DNA of 62,989 bases, the filler included, from Chiloscyllium plagiosum (lineage: Eukaryota), in assembly GCF_004010195.1 (NCBI RefSeq). It is 4 parts of one record of this genome, joined end to end, with 100 filler letters (N's around TTAATTAATTAA, not from the genome) between each part and the next. Parts side by side here need not be neighbours in the genome. Positions count along the whole stretch, not along the records: positions 1 to 31,159 come from NC_057710.1; positions 31,260 to 47,070 come from NC_057710.1; 2 more parts are not named here. The stretch is one strand, 5' to 3'. Below are positions 27,136 through 40,229 of the stretch, piece after piece (position 1 is the first letter of the stretch; each line of letters begins with the position of its first letter). The notes under the pieces are model-generated. The model saw only the letters and a list, made by a program, of their open reading frames with translations, was not told where the DNA came from and ran no database searches. Both the position numbers and the translations under genes were made by a program.

Positions 27136-28979
27136 TTGCAGTCTGGTGAAGACAGAAGCAGAAGCTGAGCGTTTAGTCACAGTGGCCCAGACAGCAGAAG
27201 TACACAATACTTTTCCTTTGCACACGTCAGCCCCTCCTAGGTAGAAATTGGAACTTGTAAGTAGTTTAGAATCAATCAATATCTTTGGATATGTGAAACC
27301 TGAACCTGGAACTTCTGTCCCAGAGGTAGGGGCATCTTAGCTATGTTACAGACCTTTTAAGATTATTTTAAAATTAAATCAAGTTGCTAAGCCACACCTC
27401 CAGCATGTTGAAGGTTCTAGAAGGTAGGCACACCACCAACTGTCCCCGACAGGAAGCCCCACAACAGCTTAATTTTACATATTTAAAAACTTAAAATACT
27501 TTTAAACATTTTAAATATTCACAGACCTCCGGTCCTTTCATCACCGATGCTCAGTACCAGCAGTGTATACTTTCTACATGGCAGAAATTCACCAAAGATC
27601 CTTAGATAACTCCTTTCAAACATATCACCACTTCTATCTATAAGGACAAGGGCAGCAGATACATGGAACAGCGCCACCTGCAAGTTGGAGGACATTTGGA
27701 CAGCCAGCAACTCACTAACATTAGCAATGCCATGGGGAGGGGGTGGGCTCTCTTGGCATTGAGCACAGAAGAAGAGGAGGCACCTGGGTCAGCTAGACAA
27801 CCCACAGCATTGGGGGTCAGGGGTCAGGGAGAGGCTGTTGAGAGGAGCTGGACAAAGGTTGACCTGGGAGCAACTATTACTACTGGAGGGGAAGTGCCTT
27901 GTGGAGAGGTGAGTTGGAGGAACCTTCCAGAAAGCCACCGAGGTTCACCAGGTGATCTTTCCATGCCACCTGGAGTAGTTGGAAAAAAGACAGACAGTGG
28001 GAAATGTCACTTGAGTGACATTGGCCATTGGGTGGGAGGGCAGTGCCTTCTGCTGACTGGACCTTAAGCTCTCGGTTCCCTAGCATAGTTCATTCTGCCC
28101 ATTTGTACGTCTCTATACCTCTTTTAAGGCACGTCTTGAAGCTTGCTTCTTTGGCTAAACATTTGGTGATCTGGCTGTAAAGCCCCCTTAATGTGGCTCA
28201 GTGTCAAAGGCAGTGCTATAATACTCCTGTGAAGTGTGTGGAGATGTTTTGTGACATGAACAGCATTGCATTAATATCGATGGATCACGACGATAGTCAG
28301 AAAGTTGTGTTGTGGCACACAAGGAGAGATTTTTCATCATTTCAGCCACTGTATATCCCTCTCCCACTTCAGCATTGCTTCGAGTAAATGTTTTTTTAAA
28401 TCTGCCCTTTAACGGTCCAGGTAATGCCCTGATTATAGCTTCGGAATGGTTTAATTTTAAAGATGAAATGATCTGTGAGATTGCTGATTCAGCTACAAAG
28501 GTGAAATTGTCTATTCATTTTACCGCTCTGATACTGATGAAGGCTGTCACCCATAGTTTTGACCCATGTTTTCACTTTCAGTGACTTGAGTCATGCTGCG
28601 CACAGTGACACACAGAGACTGCAAGGGCAGACTCGGGCATTAGATGAAGAGGATTTGGGAACAGGTCCACAGAAGTCTGTAGCTCACAGCGCCTCAGTGA
28701 GAACACACCTGGATTATTGTGTGCAGTCAGGTCTCCTTACCTAAGCAAGGATATGCTGGTTCCTGCGCTGGTAGGATTGTCATATGAAGAAAGATTGGGT
28801 ATAAGCCTAGATTCACTAGGGTTCAGGAGATGGAGGGGATCTCACTGAAACCCAGATTTTCTTTCTGGCAGAAATGGAAAAACCAGATGCAAAGCTGATG
28901 TGAACAAGGGGTCACAGCCTCAAGATATGGGCTCAACCATTTAGGATCAATTGAGGATAAATTTCTTCACTCAGAGATT

Positions 28980-29946
28980 CAGTGCTGGGTCCGCTACTTT
29001 TCATCATTTATAAAAGTGATTTGGATGTGAAAATAGGAAGTATGGTTGATACATTTGCAGATGTCACCAAAATATGGACAGCAAAGAAGGTTACCTCAGA
29101 GTGCAACAGAATCTTGATCAGATGGGCCAGTGGGCTGAGGAGTGGCAGATGGAGTTTAATTTAGACAAATGTGAGGTGCTGCATTTTGGAAAGGCAAGTC
29201 AAGGCAGAACTTACACTCTTAATGGTAAGCTCCTGAGGAGTTTTGCTGAACAAAGAGACCTTGGAGTGCAGGTTCACAGTTCCTTGAAAGTGGAGCTGCA
29301 GGTAGACAGGATAGTAAAGCAGGTATGTGATACACTTGTCTTTATTGGTCAATGCATTGAGTATAGGATTTGGGAGGTCATGTAGCAGCTGTGCAGGACA
29401 TTGGTTAGGCCACTTTTGGAGTACTGCATGCAATTCTGGTCTCCCTGCTGTAGGAAGGATGTTGTGAAACTCAAAAGGGTTCAGAAAAAGTTTATAAGGA
29501 TGTTGCTATATTGAAAGGCTGAATAAGCTGGGGTTATTTTCCTGGAGCATTGGAAGCTAAAGGGTGACCTTACAGAGGTCTGTAAAATCATGAGGGGCAT
29601 GGATAGGCTAAATAGGCAAAGTCTTTTCCCTTGGGAGGGGAAATCCAAGACTAGAGGGCAGAGTTTTAAGGTCAAAAGGAAAATAATTAAAAAGGACCTG
29701 AGGGACAACTTTTTCACACAGACGGTGCTATGTGTATGAAATGAGCTGCCAGAGGAAGTGGTGGAGGCTGGGACAAATACAACATTTAAATAGCATTTGG
29801 ATGGGTATATGAATAGGAAGGGTTTAGAGGGACCTGGGCCAAGTGCTGGCAAATGGGACTAGATTGGGTTAGGCTATCTGGTCGTCATGGATGAGTTGGA
29901 CTGAAGGGTCTGTTTCCATGCTGTACATCTCTATAGCTCTATGACT
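28980..29946 (+). mobile_element. CR1 nested in an older CR1 (about 28690-30175)
   Basis: RT ORFs 28982-29385; actcagag on both flanks; the older copy resumes at ggtggtgaatctatg. Confidence 0.85.
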
Positions 29947-30249
29947 CAGAGGGTGGTGAATCTATGAAATTCTGTACCACACTGGGAATTTGAGGCTAAG
30001 GCATTGAATATATTAAAAAAAAGAAAGAAAGATACATAACAAAACTCTAGAGGCAACAAAGAATTTGAAGAGAACGTGGAACTACGTGACTGGGATAGAG
30101 TAGCTGCCATAATTGTAACGAAAGGTAGATTAGGCTCAAAGCACTGAATAGCCTACTCCTATTTTCTATGTTTCTTTAGCTGTCTGAAAGAGAGAAAATT
30201 GTAAAGATATGGAGAAAGAGCTAGATAGGAGGACAAACTGACATGAAGC

Positions 30250-30610
30250 AATGGTGCTATTGTGATGATGTCACTGGACCAGGAATCCTGAGGCCAAGCC
30301 TAATGCTCTGGTGGGGTTGGGGACATGGTTTCAAATCCCATCACAGTGGCTGGTGGAATTTAAATTCAATTAATAAATCTGAAATGTAAAGCTAGTACTA
30401 GTGACTGTGGCAATGATCAGTGATTGTACAAACCTATCTGGTTGACCATGTATAGGACAGAAATCTGCCTTTGTTACCTATTCTGGCCTACAGTGTGACT
30501 CCAGACCCACAGCTATGTGGCTGACTCTTAACAGTTGAACAAACCAATCCATTCAAAGGCAATTAGGAATGATCAACAATTCTGGCCTTATCCACAGTCC
30601 ATAAAGGAAA
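30250..30610 (+). mobile_element. SlmI/Meta-like SINE
   Basis: ttcaaatccc B-box, gtgactccagacccacagc core, aggcaattaggaatg tail. Confidence 0.6.
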
Positions 30611-30922
30611 TAAATCCCTGGATGACTCTTCGAAACAAGATGGCCACTTTAATGGCTGCACCAGTGTAGGATTCTCTACGTTTCATATGGTAGGACACCA
30701 TGATTCCTTAATCCACTGACTCACTCTTGAACCATGACCCAGTTTTAACCTCAGCCCCTGCCTGGGAAGAGAATGCCACCATTGATGTAGCTTCTAGTTA
30801 AATACTACTGCCAATAATGAAATTAGATAAGTATTTTCTACGTATTATTCCCTTGGTAAAAGATACCCCTGAAAATTGGGTTTCATTGAGACAGATCAAC
30901 TATTATGAAGCTGAGTCAGATA

Positions 30923-31159
30923 CAGAGGAACCTCGATTATCTGAACGAGATGGGCACTATTTGGTTCGGATAATTGATTATTCGGTTAATTGATTTCCTC
31001 TGGAACTTGGAGTTTTCTATGAAGTCTGCTCCCTGTTTAGGAGACTAGACGGCAGCACATTGCACGTGAGCCCTCACCCCCCCCCCCCCCCCCCCCCCCC
31101 CCCCCACAGGAAACCTCCATACCCGCCACAGATTCACCTGCACCCCCACCCACATCATC
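30923..31159 (+). mobile_element. Tigger/pogo-like DNA transposon left end, cut by an assembly gap
   Basis: TA followed by CAGAGGAACCTCGATTATCTGAAC (Tigger-type TIR) and internal inverted ttcggataat; the second TIR is not seen. Confidence 0.55.
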
Positions 31160-31259
31160 NNNNNNNNNNNNNNNNNNNNNNNNNNNNNNNNNNNNNNNNN
31201 NNNTTAATTAATTAANNNNNNNNNNNNNNNNNNNNNNNNNNNNNNNNNNNNNNNNNNNN
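31160..31259. other. Assembly gap with artificial TTAATTAATTAA linker (also at 47071-47170 and 61779-61878); plain N gap at 57503-58156
   Basis: The identical 44N + 12 nt + 44N pattern occurs three times; the linker gives stop codons in all six frames. Confidence 0.95.
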
Positions 31260-31660
31260 CTACGGGGAGAATGGGGTAAAGTGGAGTTGAAATGCCCATC
31301 AGCCATGATTGAATGGCAGAGTGGACTCGATGGGCCGAATGGCCTTACTTCCGCTCCTATGTCTTATGGTCTTATGGTCTTATGGATAGATTGTTGAGTA
31401 TCAAGGGGATCCAGTGTTATGGGGAGAAAGCGGGAGAATGGGTTGAGAAACTAATCAGCCATGATTGAATGGCGGAGCAGACTCAATGGACTGAATGGCC
31501 TAACTTCTTCTCCTGTGTCTTATGGCCTTATAGTTAGCCATGGGAAATGCAGGGTTATGGTAGGGGGGTGAGTCTGTGTGGGATGCACATCAGAGGGTCG
31601 GTGTGGACTCAATGGGCTGAATGGCCTGTTTCCACATTGTAGGGTTTCTATGATGCTTAG

Positions 31661-31793
31661 GGGAGAAAGTGAGGTCTGCAGATGCTGGAGATCAGAGCTG
31701 AAAATGTGTTGCTGGAAAAGCGCAGCAGGTCAGGCAGCATCCAGGGAACAGGAGAATCGACATTTCGGGCATAAGCCCTTCTTCAGGAGGGCT
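31661..31793 (-). mobile_element. PLE family A relic with hammerhead core
   Basis: Minus strand CTGAAGAAGGGCTTATGCCCGAAATGTC; duplication tatgatgcWtag at 31649-31660 / 31794-31805. Confidence 0.8.
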
Positions 31794-32412
31794 TATGATG
31801 CATAGTAGAACAAGGCATCAACATTGCCCTCTGCCATCAGGCTCTGCTCTATATGATTGGACATTGTTGTGACCTTGTTCCTTATACACATGTTCAGCAA
31901 CTGTTAGAGTATTTAAGTGTAATTAACCCTTTACACCACACATAAATCTGATGCTGACATCCTTTGAAGTAAGTTCCTTTTTGCCGAGATCCTCTTACAT
32001 TAGCTGCTTTAAGCCTAAATAATCCCTATGTTAATCTACCACAGCGTGGTTTGAGCCTCGAACAGTTTGGGCTCTGTAAGCATACTTTGATGTTTCTCTT
32101 GCTAATGTTTTGTTCTGTGTAGGATTTTCTCTCGGTGTTGCCTTTACTTCTTTACCTTCATACTCCTGTCTGAAAGGGGAGTTCTCCTGATAATCTGGTC
32201 ACCTAACAGCATGAAAAACAGACAAACTGCTTTTTTTTTAATCAAGATAAATACAGAAATTACTGGGAAAACTCAGCAGATCTGACAGCATCTGTGGTGA
32301 GAAATCAGAGTTCACCTTTTTTCGCTTCAGAACTGTCCTTCAGTGCTGACAGACCTGCTGACTTTTTTTCAGTAATTTCTGTCTTTGTTTCTGATTTTTA
32401 GCATCCGTAGTT

Positions 32413-33127
32413 AGAGTCATAAAGTTGTACAGCACAGAAACAGACCCTTCGGTCCAACTCGCCCATGCCGACCAGATATCTGAAATAAATCCAGTCCCCA
32501 TTGGCAACAATTGGCTCATATCCCTGTAAACCCTTTGTATTCATACATCTATCTGGATTCCTTTTAAATGTTGTAATTGTCCCATGTGCAGCACGGAAGC
32601 AGACCCTTCGGTCCAACCCAGCCATGCTGACCAGATATCCCAACCTAATCTAGTCCCACCTGCCAGCACCCGGCCCATGTCCCTCCAAACCCTTCCTATT
32701 CATATACCCATCCAGATGCCTTTTAAATATTGCAATTGTACCAGCCTCCACCACTTCTTCAGGCAGTTCATTCCATTCACGTACCACCCTCTGCATAAAA
32801 AAGTTGCCCCTTAGGCCCATTTTAAATCTTTTCCCCTCTCACCCTAAACCTATGCCCTTTAGTTTTGTACTCCCCGACCCTGGGGAAAAGACTTTGTCTA
32901 TTTACCCTATCCATGCCCCTCATGATTTTATAAACCTCTATAAGGTCACCCCTTAGCCTCCGACACTCCAGGGAAAACAGCCCCAGCCTACTCAACTTCT
33001 CCCGATAGCTCAAACCCTCCAACCCCACCAACATCCTTGTACATCATTTTTTTGCACCCTTTCTTTCCTACAGCTGAGAGACCAGAGTTGAACGCAGTAT
33101 TCCAAAAGTGGCCCAATCAATGTCCTA
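32413..33127 (-). mobile_element. Two abutting CR1 3' ends
   Basis: Two 3' UTRs (about 32413-32580 and from 32585); ORF 32822-33034. Confidence 0.8.
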
Positions 33128-35586
33128 TTTCGCCCCCATTGATGTTGTACTCCTGCTGTGAATAAAGGCCTTCTTGGGAAAACCACAAGGAGGAAACCAC
33201 CTGATTTTTTTTTTCACTCTACATTGTGGGGGAGGACAGAGAAAACAGGCACAGCCTTAAAATGAAATCAAACCGTTCAGAGGGTGATGTCCAGAAAATC
33301 TGGAACTCTCCCATTAAACACTTTTGAGACTGGGGGCAATTGCAAGTGTCAAACTGAGATTAGTTGATTATTTTAAGATCAGGGTATTAGTGGTATCAGG
33401 AAAAGGCAGATAAATGGAATTAAGATATAGATTAGCCACAATCTAGTTGAGTGGCAGATCAAGCACAAGGACCTGAATAATCCCTGCTGTTCTGATGCTT
33501 CTATATTCATTCTTAAAAAGTTTGTAGGAAAGCAGAAAGATTGGTGTTTTTTACCACCTGCTTGATTTGATGTATTTATTATCACGTGTATTTATTACAA
33601 TACAGTGAATACTGTTGTTTAGTACCACCACTCTCCGGCTCAATCTTAAAACACAGAAAATAAAGGCAGAGAAATGAAATAGTCAAGGCGGAATCCAAAA
33701 CTAGAGGATCTAGTTTAAAGTGAGTGGGGAACGATTTAAAAAGGGACCTAAGGGGCAACATTTTCACACAGAAGGTGGTGCGTGTAGGGAATGAGCTACC
33801 AGAGGAACTGGTGGAGGCTGGTACTCTGACAACATTTAACAGACATTTGGGTGGGTATATGAATAGGAAGGGTTTAGAGGGATATGGGCCAAATGCCGGC
33901 AAATGGAACTAGATTAATTTAGGATATCTGGTTGGCATGGAACAATTGGATCTGTTTCTGTGCTGTCCATCTCTATGACTCTACTCTTACCTCAATAGAG
34001 TTAGGTGGTCTTTTTAGCTTTCGCATCTAGCTCAGCCATGAGCCTGGATCTGGGCTCCTTCAGTCTGATGCCTCAAGTCCCTGCTGCTAAACCGCTGACA
34101 CGGCTTCAACCAGGCTTCACCACCAGAGGAACAAAGAGTCACTACTCTCCGGCACCATCTCATCTTCACCAACACCACTGCAGTGTGTTCATGTCGGGCC
34201 GACCTCACCAATTCAGCCACCACCGGTGCTGCTGGGACTAAGTTCACCCTCATCACTGCCACCACCGTCAGGCGCCTGGGCCTAGCCGTAGACCTGGAGC
34301 CTCAGCTTGGCCTGCGAGTCTGAACTGGGTGATTAAACCTGGAGCCTGCTTCTCGTTTGCTGGGAGACCTCAGGCCAGAGGGGAGCCGCTTCTGCCTTGT
34401 CCAGGTGATGCTGCAGCCACCAACCCAGGCCCTTCCTCCTTCAATATTTACCCAGCCTTGCCACTGTCTGGGCTCGGGGCCCATCCTCATCCTCAATGCC
34501 GCGTAGGGCCTGCTCTCTCCAATACTGCTCGTGCTTACAACCTCACCATGTCTGCCTCTTCATTCATGCTCTTGATTAATAGGTATTAATGGGATGCTTT
34601 TTGCAACATCCCATGAACTGAAAATTTCCACTTTGAACAAACATACTAGCCTCTGGCTAATGCAGGTAAGGTTTTCCCTCACTCTGAACATGAAACCTTA
34701 CCGAATATGAGGCCAGCAATGCACAAGTATGAAGGCACCTGCAAACACCAGCCATTTACAGCACTGAAGCTCCAACTGATCCTCTGAGGCACAGCAATAC
34801 CATTTAAAAGACACACTGAGGTTTCGTATTATGCATGGCACAGAGCCCCTTGCCATTATGAGTGGAAGTGCAACCTGAGAAATGCGAGATCATTAGTACT
34901 CATTTCAATGCCGGATAAATTGTGACTGTGTGGCTAATCTAATTCTATTAGACCCCGTGGGATCAGTTCAGCTATTGTCCATTTTAAAAGCTGCCCACGT
35001 TTATTTTGCATTTATGTCAATGGAGTTCAACAATGGCACCCTGTCCAGGACCCTGCACTAGTTACCCGTTTGGCATATAAGGTTAAAATTGCGCTCTCAT
35101 TCTATCTATAAGAATATGTAAACATTGCCAACAAATGCCTATAAGACTGCAGATTTAGCAAACTAGGTAAGTATAAAGTATATTAAATTGTTTCGCAAAT
35201 TTCAATCATATCTGATCCACTATTCTAAGGAATATTCAGGGTCGAGAAAGAAAACTATTTATAAAAGTAATAACACTGAGCAAATTATAGGTCACCTCTG
35301 AATTGTGGGAGAATTAAATTAATATCTCAGAGAACATATACATTTTGGAATGTAATCTCATTGTAATACACAATAGTTTCCCTCACTCGACTGGAAACAA
35401 AGGCATTCTCTGCTCAGTGACGTCTGATAGGCTTTTCCCAGTTTCTTGGCTGGTATTCCTTTTGATGTGTTCCCTTAAATTTAGAGGTTTGAGGGGTGAT
35501 CTAATACAGTGGCCATTAGAAGGAAAGGGGTACAGTGAGAACCTGTTCTGTTAGATTGTGTGGGAGTAGGTGAGACATGTGAAACA

Positions 35587-35912
35587 GGGCAGCACGGTGG
35601 CTCAGTGGTTAGCACTGCATGCCTCACAGTGTCAGGGATCCGGGTACAATCCGTGCCTCGGGAAACTGTGTGGAGTTTGCACATTCTCCCTGTGTCTGCA
35701 TGGGTTTCCTTCAGATTCTCTGGTTTCCTCCCAGAGTCCAAGATGTGCAGGTTCAGTGAATTGGCCATGCTAAATTGCCCATAGTGTTTGGTACATCAGT
35801 CAGGGGCAAATCTAGGATAGGGGGAATGGGTCTGGGTGGGTTACTGTTCAGAGGGTCGGTGTGGACTTGTTGAGCCAAATGGCCTGGTTCCAAACTGTAG
35901 GGATTCTAATCT
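35587..35912 (+). mobile_element. HE1-type V-SINE
   Basis: ggcagcacggtggctcagtggttagcactg...gattctaatctaa. Confidence 0.85.
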
Positions 35913-36257
35913 AAAACATGGTCTGTAAATTGTAGTTCATTCAGGAGTGAAAACAGGAACAGACTACATTGCACAAAGCCCTGCAAAAAGTCTGATTTGG
36001 ATCTCGCCGAAATGATGTGAGGTCATCAAAACTTTAGGTGCGAGGAGATATGGGTCAAAACAACAGGCTTGATACCATCTCGATATATCTCGAGCACCAA
36101 ACAGGATGGGCGCAGACAAGAAAAGAAATGGCACATGGGATGCATTGGTAGTCAATATGAGAAGTTGAATGACTTGGTTCTCAAGCACAGTCCAGTGATC
36201 CAATGGTTTCTGGCCTGATTGGAATGGCAGCTTTGTTGCTCCACAGAACAAAACTCC

Positions 36258-36445
36258 AAGTTCACGAACAAAAACAGCAATTGCTGGAAAAACTCAGCAG
36301 GCCTGACAGCATCTGTGGAGAGAAAGCAGGGTAACGTTTCGGGTCCAGTGAGTTCTGAAGGAGGGTCACTGGACTCTGCTTCGTCTCCACCGATACTGCC
36401 AGACCTGCCGGGTTTTCCCGAGCAAATTTCTGTTTTTGTTTCAGA
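36258..36445. mobile_element. Palindromic PLE family C relic
   Basis: Inverted arms meeting at gtttcgggtccagtg|agttctgaaggagggtcactggac (two partial hammerhead cores). Confidence 0.7.
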
Positions 36446-37754
36446 CTTCAAGTCCATTTCCTTTAAAGCATTTTCAGTACAAATGCAAATGCACTGCTGT
36501 TTCCCCGAGGGAAAGCAGGGTGATGTTTGCATACCAAAAGGATTTGGAGCTTCAGGCAAACAAGACATTAAAAACAGCATATCAAGTGGATGCAGCAGTA
36601 AAATAGACGCAATCAATGGAACACCACATCTTATAACAAAAGGAATGTGATATAAATCCAGCAAAAAGAGGATATGGTAAGAATACAGTGCAAAGCTTAA
36701 TACTCCATGATATCAGAAGAAATATAGAAACATGAAATTCAGGTCCATGTAATTGATTCAATACAGATTCAATACAGCCTGTCCATTCAACCCACGTACA
36801 AAGCACAGTTCTGGTCACCACTCTGCCAAAAGGATGTGGATGCTTTGGAGGGAGAACAGAAAAGGTTTACCAGGATATTGCCTGGTATGGGGGATTTTAG
36901 CTTGGAAGAAAGGTTGGATAGACTGGGTTTGTTTTCACTGGAACGCAGGAGGTTGAGGGGTGCCCTCATAGAAGTTTCTAAGATTATGGATGGCATCCCA
37001 ATTCACGTACCCATCCAGATGCCTTTTAAATGTTGTAATTGTACCAGCCTCCACCATTTCCTCTGGCAGCTCATTCCACACATGAACCACCTTCTACTTG
37101 AAAAAAATTCCCTTAAGGTCCCTTTTAAATCCTTCCCATCTCATTCTAGACCTGTGCCCTCTAGTTCTGGACTCCCCCAATGCAGGGAAAAGACCTTCTT
37201 TATTTACCCTATCCATGTCCCTCATGATTTTATAAACATTCATAAGGTCACCCCCTCAGCCTCCAACACCCCAGGGGCTGCCATTTCCTGGTTCCCCATT
37301 ATTATTTCCTCAACCTTGTTTTCTGGAGGCAAAGAAGCTCTTTCTGTCCAGCTTGATATTATTTGCAAGTTTACCCTCAAAGTTTATCTTCCCCATTATT
37401 TTTGTTCATGTTTGTCTTTTTTCACATCATGTGGTGTGTCATTGATCTTTACCACATTGCATAATTTTTTCTTTTAATTTGATGCTATCCCTAACTTCCC
37501 TGGTTGCCCCCTTCCAAGAATCCAGCATTTTCATTGGGAAATAACTTTGCTGTGAGCTATTTCCATAAATATCTGCTATTTCCTACTAGCTCAGTCTTCA
37601 TTGCTTTGGAATTGCCCTTATTTAAGATTAGCACAGTTATTTCTGCGTTTCTCCCTCAAACTGAATGCTAAATTATAAAGTGTTAAGGTTACTGTTTCCT
37701 GGGGGGTCTTTTCTTCTGAGATCATTTATTCAACCAGTCTGTTTAGACATCACC

Positions 37755-39320
37755 AAAGAACAATACAGCAAAGGAACAGACCCTCCAACCCTCCAAGCCC
37801 ACACCGACACATTTTGCCCTTCAACAATAAAACTACCTTCACTTAGAGGATCTGTATCCCTCTATTCCCTTCCTATTCATGTATTCATCAAGAATACTGC
37901 TATTGTGTCTGCTGCCACCACCTCTTCTGGTAGCATGTTCCAGGCACCCACCACCCTTTGTGTGAAAACGTTGCCTCACACATCTCTTTTAAAAACACCC
38001 CCCTCTTCTCATTTTAAGCCTGTGTCCCCTAGTAATTGACCCCCCCCCCCCCCACCCTGGGCAAAAGCCTCGTACTTTCCACTCTATCCAGCCCATTCAC
38101 AATCTTAGAAACCTCTATCAGATTACCCCTCAACCTTCTGCATTCCAGTGAAAACAAATCCAGTCTATCCAACCTTTCTTCAAAGCTAAAATCTCCCATA
38201 CCAGGCAACATCCTGATAAACCTTTTTTGTACTCTCTCCAAAGCATCCACAGCCTTCAAGTAGTGTGGTGACCACAACTGTACGCGATATTTCAAATGTA
38301 GCCTTACTAAAGTTCTATAAAGCTGTAGCATATCTTGCCTATTGTTATACTCAATGCCCTTTCCACTGAAGTTAAAAATTACACAACACCAGGTTATAGT
38401 CGAACAGGTTTAATTGGAAGCACACTAGCTTTCGGAGCGACGCTCCTTCATCACCTGATGAAGGAGCGTCGGTCCGAAAGCTAGTGTGCTTCCAATTAAA
38501 CCTGTTGGACTATAACCTGGTGTTGTGTGATTTTTAACTTTGTACACCCCAGTCCAACACCCCTTCTGCATTCCAGTGAAAACAAATCCAGTCTATCCAA
38601 CCTTTCTTCAAAGCTAAAATCCCCCATACCAGGCAACATCCTGATAAACCTTTTTTGTACTCTCTCCAAAGCATCCACATCCTTCAAGTAGTGTGGTGAC
38701 CACAACTGTACGCGATATTTCAAATAGTCCACACGGTCATCCACAGACTGAGATTGAACGTTGGCCCCTAGCACTGTGAGGCAACAGTGCTAACCACTAA
38801 GCCACCATGTCACCCACTTTATGTACAGTATGTTTCTGTGCTGTATGACTCTATAACAGCAATGCACTTCCAAATCAGTGTGGTATTTGAATGAAGGTGT
38901 AGTTTTAGGTTCACTTCAATCATCCTGACCAGCGTCCTGGCAAATCATTTAACTCGGGTTATAGAGAGAGCTTTAAACTAATTAGAGGGTGAGGGTTTGG
39001 GAGAGGGGAAATCCACATCCTTCAAGTAGTGTGGTGACCACAACTGTACGTGATATTTCACCATGTCACCCACTTTATGAAGGAGCGTCGCTCCGAAAGC
39101 TAGTGCTTCCAATTAAACCTGTTGGACTATAACCTGGTGTTGTGTGATTTTTAACTTTGTACACCCCAGTCCAACACCGGCATCTCCAAATCATGACTAC
39201 TTTCCAATGAAGGCATACATACCATACGCCTTTTTTACTTCCTTATCTACCTGCACTACCACCTTCAGTGATCTGTGGACCTGCACATCCAGATCTCTCT
39301 GCGTATCAATACTCCTAGGG
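37755..39320 (-). mobile_element. CR1 3' portion interrupted by PLE family B and a complex duplication
   Basis: ORF 38029-38331; CR1 resumes at 39201; duplication ctttccaMtgaag at 38359-38371 / 39200-39212. Confidence 0.85.
38372..38561. mobile_element. Palindromic PLE family B insertion with hammerhead core
   Basis: Near-perfect palindrome of about 165 bp centred on catca-cc-tgatg; + core CAC-CTGATGA-A-GGAGC-GTC-GGTCC-GAAA-GC-TA-GTG at 38452-38486. Confidence 0.85.
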
Positions 39321-39669
39321 ATTTGATCCCTGGTTGGATCCCCAACTTATTGTTCAAGGAAACTGTCCTAGATACAATTGAATTCTTCTTTGCGCCCATC
39401 GCTGCAAATCTGACTATTCCAATCTGCAGGAAGACTAAAGTTGCCATATCCTCTTGCTTTGTAAGTCATCATTTCCCCTCTCCCAAACCCTCACCCTCTA
39501 ATTAGTTTAAAGCTCTCTCTACAACCCGAGTTAAATGATTTGCCAGGACGCTGGTCCCAGGATGATTGAAGTGAACCTAAAACTACACCTTCATTCAAAT
39601 ACCACCCTGATTTGGAAGTGCATTGCTGTTATATAGTCATACAGCACAGAAACATACTGTACATAAAGT

Positions 39670-39960
39670 GGGTGACATGGTGGCTTAGTGTTTAGCACTG
39701 TTGCCTCACAGTGCTCGGGGCCCACGTTCAATCTCAGTCTGTGGATGACCGTGTGGACTACGTACCTTCTCCTTGTGTCTGCATGAATCTCTTCCAGGTG
39801 CTCTGGTTTCCTCCCACAGTCCAAAGAAGTGCAAGTTAAGTGGATTAGCCATGAGGAATGCAGGGTTATAGGGTGTGGGTTTGGGTGTGATGCTGTTTGG
39901 AGGGTTGGTGTGGACCTGATGGGCTGAATGGCCTGTGCCCACACTGTGGGGATTCTATGA
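39670..39960 (+). mobile_element. HE1-type V-SINE
   Basis: Head, V-domain and tail present. Confidence 0.8.
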
Positions 39961-40229
39961 AATGTGCTATCCGACCTGATAGTTCATGCCTATTGGCCAG
40001 TGTGATTGGTGGTGATTCTGCAGCGACAGGAATCTCTGTAATATGATAGCAACATGTTCTAAACAAACCACATCTGATGAGTTCACAGCAAATTAATAAC
40101 TTTCGTAGCCCTTTACAAATAACAAGTTGCAAATTACACACAAACTCTGGAGAAGGACCATAGCTTCGAAATTTTGACTCTGTTTCATTCTCCACAGGTG
40201 CTGTGAGACCTGTTGAGTTTTTCACTCCA

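Noticed and set aside
31204..31215. TTAATTAATTAA palindrome inside N runs (also at 47115 and 61823)
   Set aside because: It is an identical scaffolding linker with six-frame stops, so an assembly artefact.
36152..36664. Overlapping 143-aa and 170-aa ORFs
   Set aside because: They span a PLE family C palindrome and show no recognisable protein motif or splice structure.
38372..38540. Long hairpin resembling a pre-miRNA or MITE
   Set aside because: Explained by an inverted PLE terminal repeat with a one-sided extension and a 13-bp duplication; there is no TA or 8-bp DNA-transposon signature.
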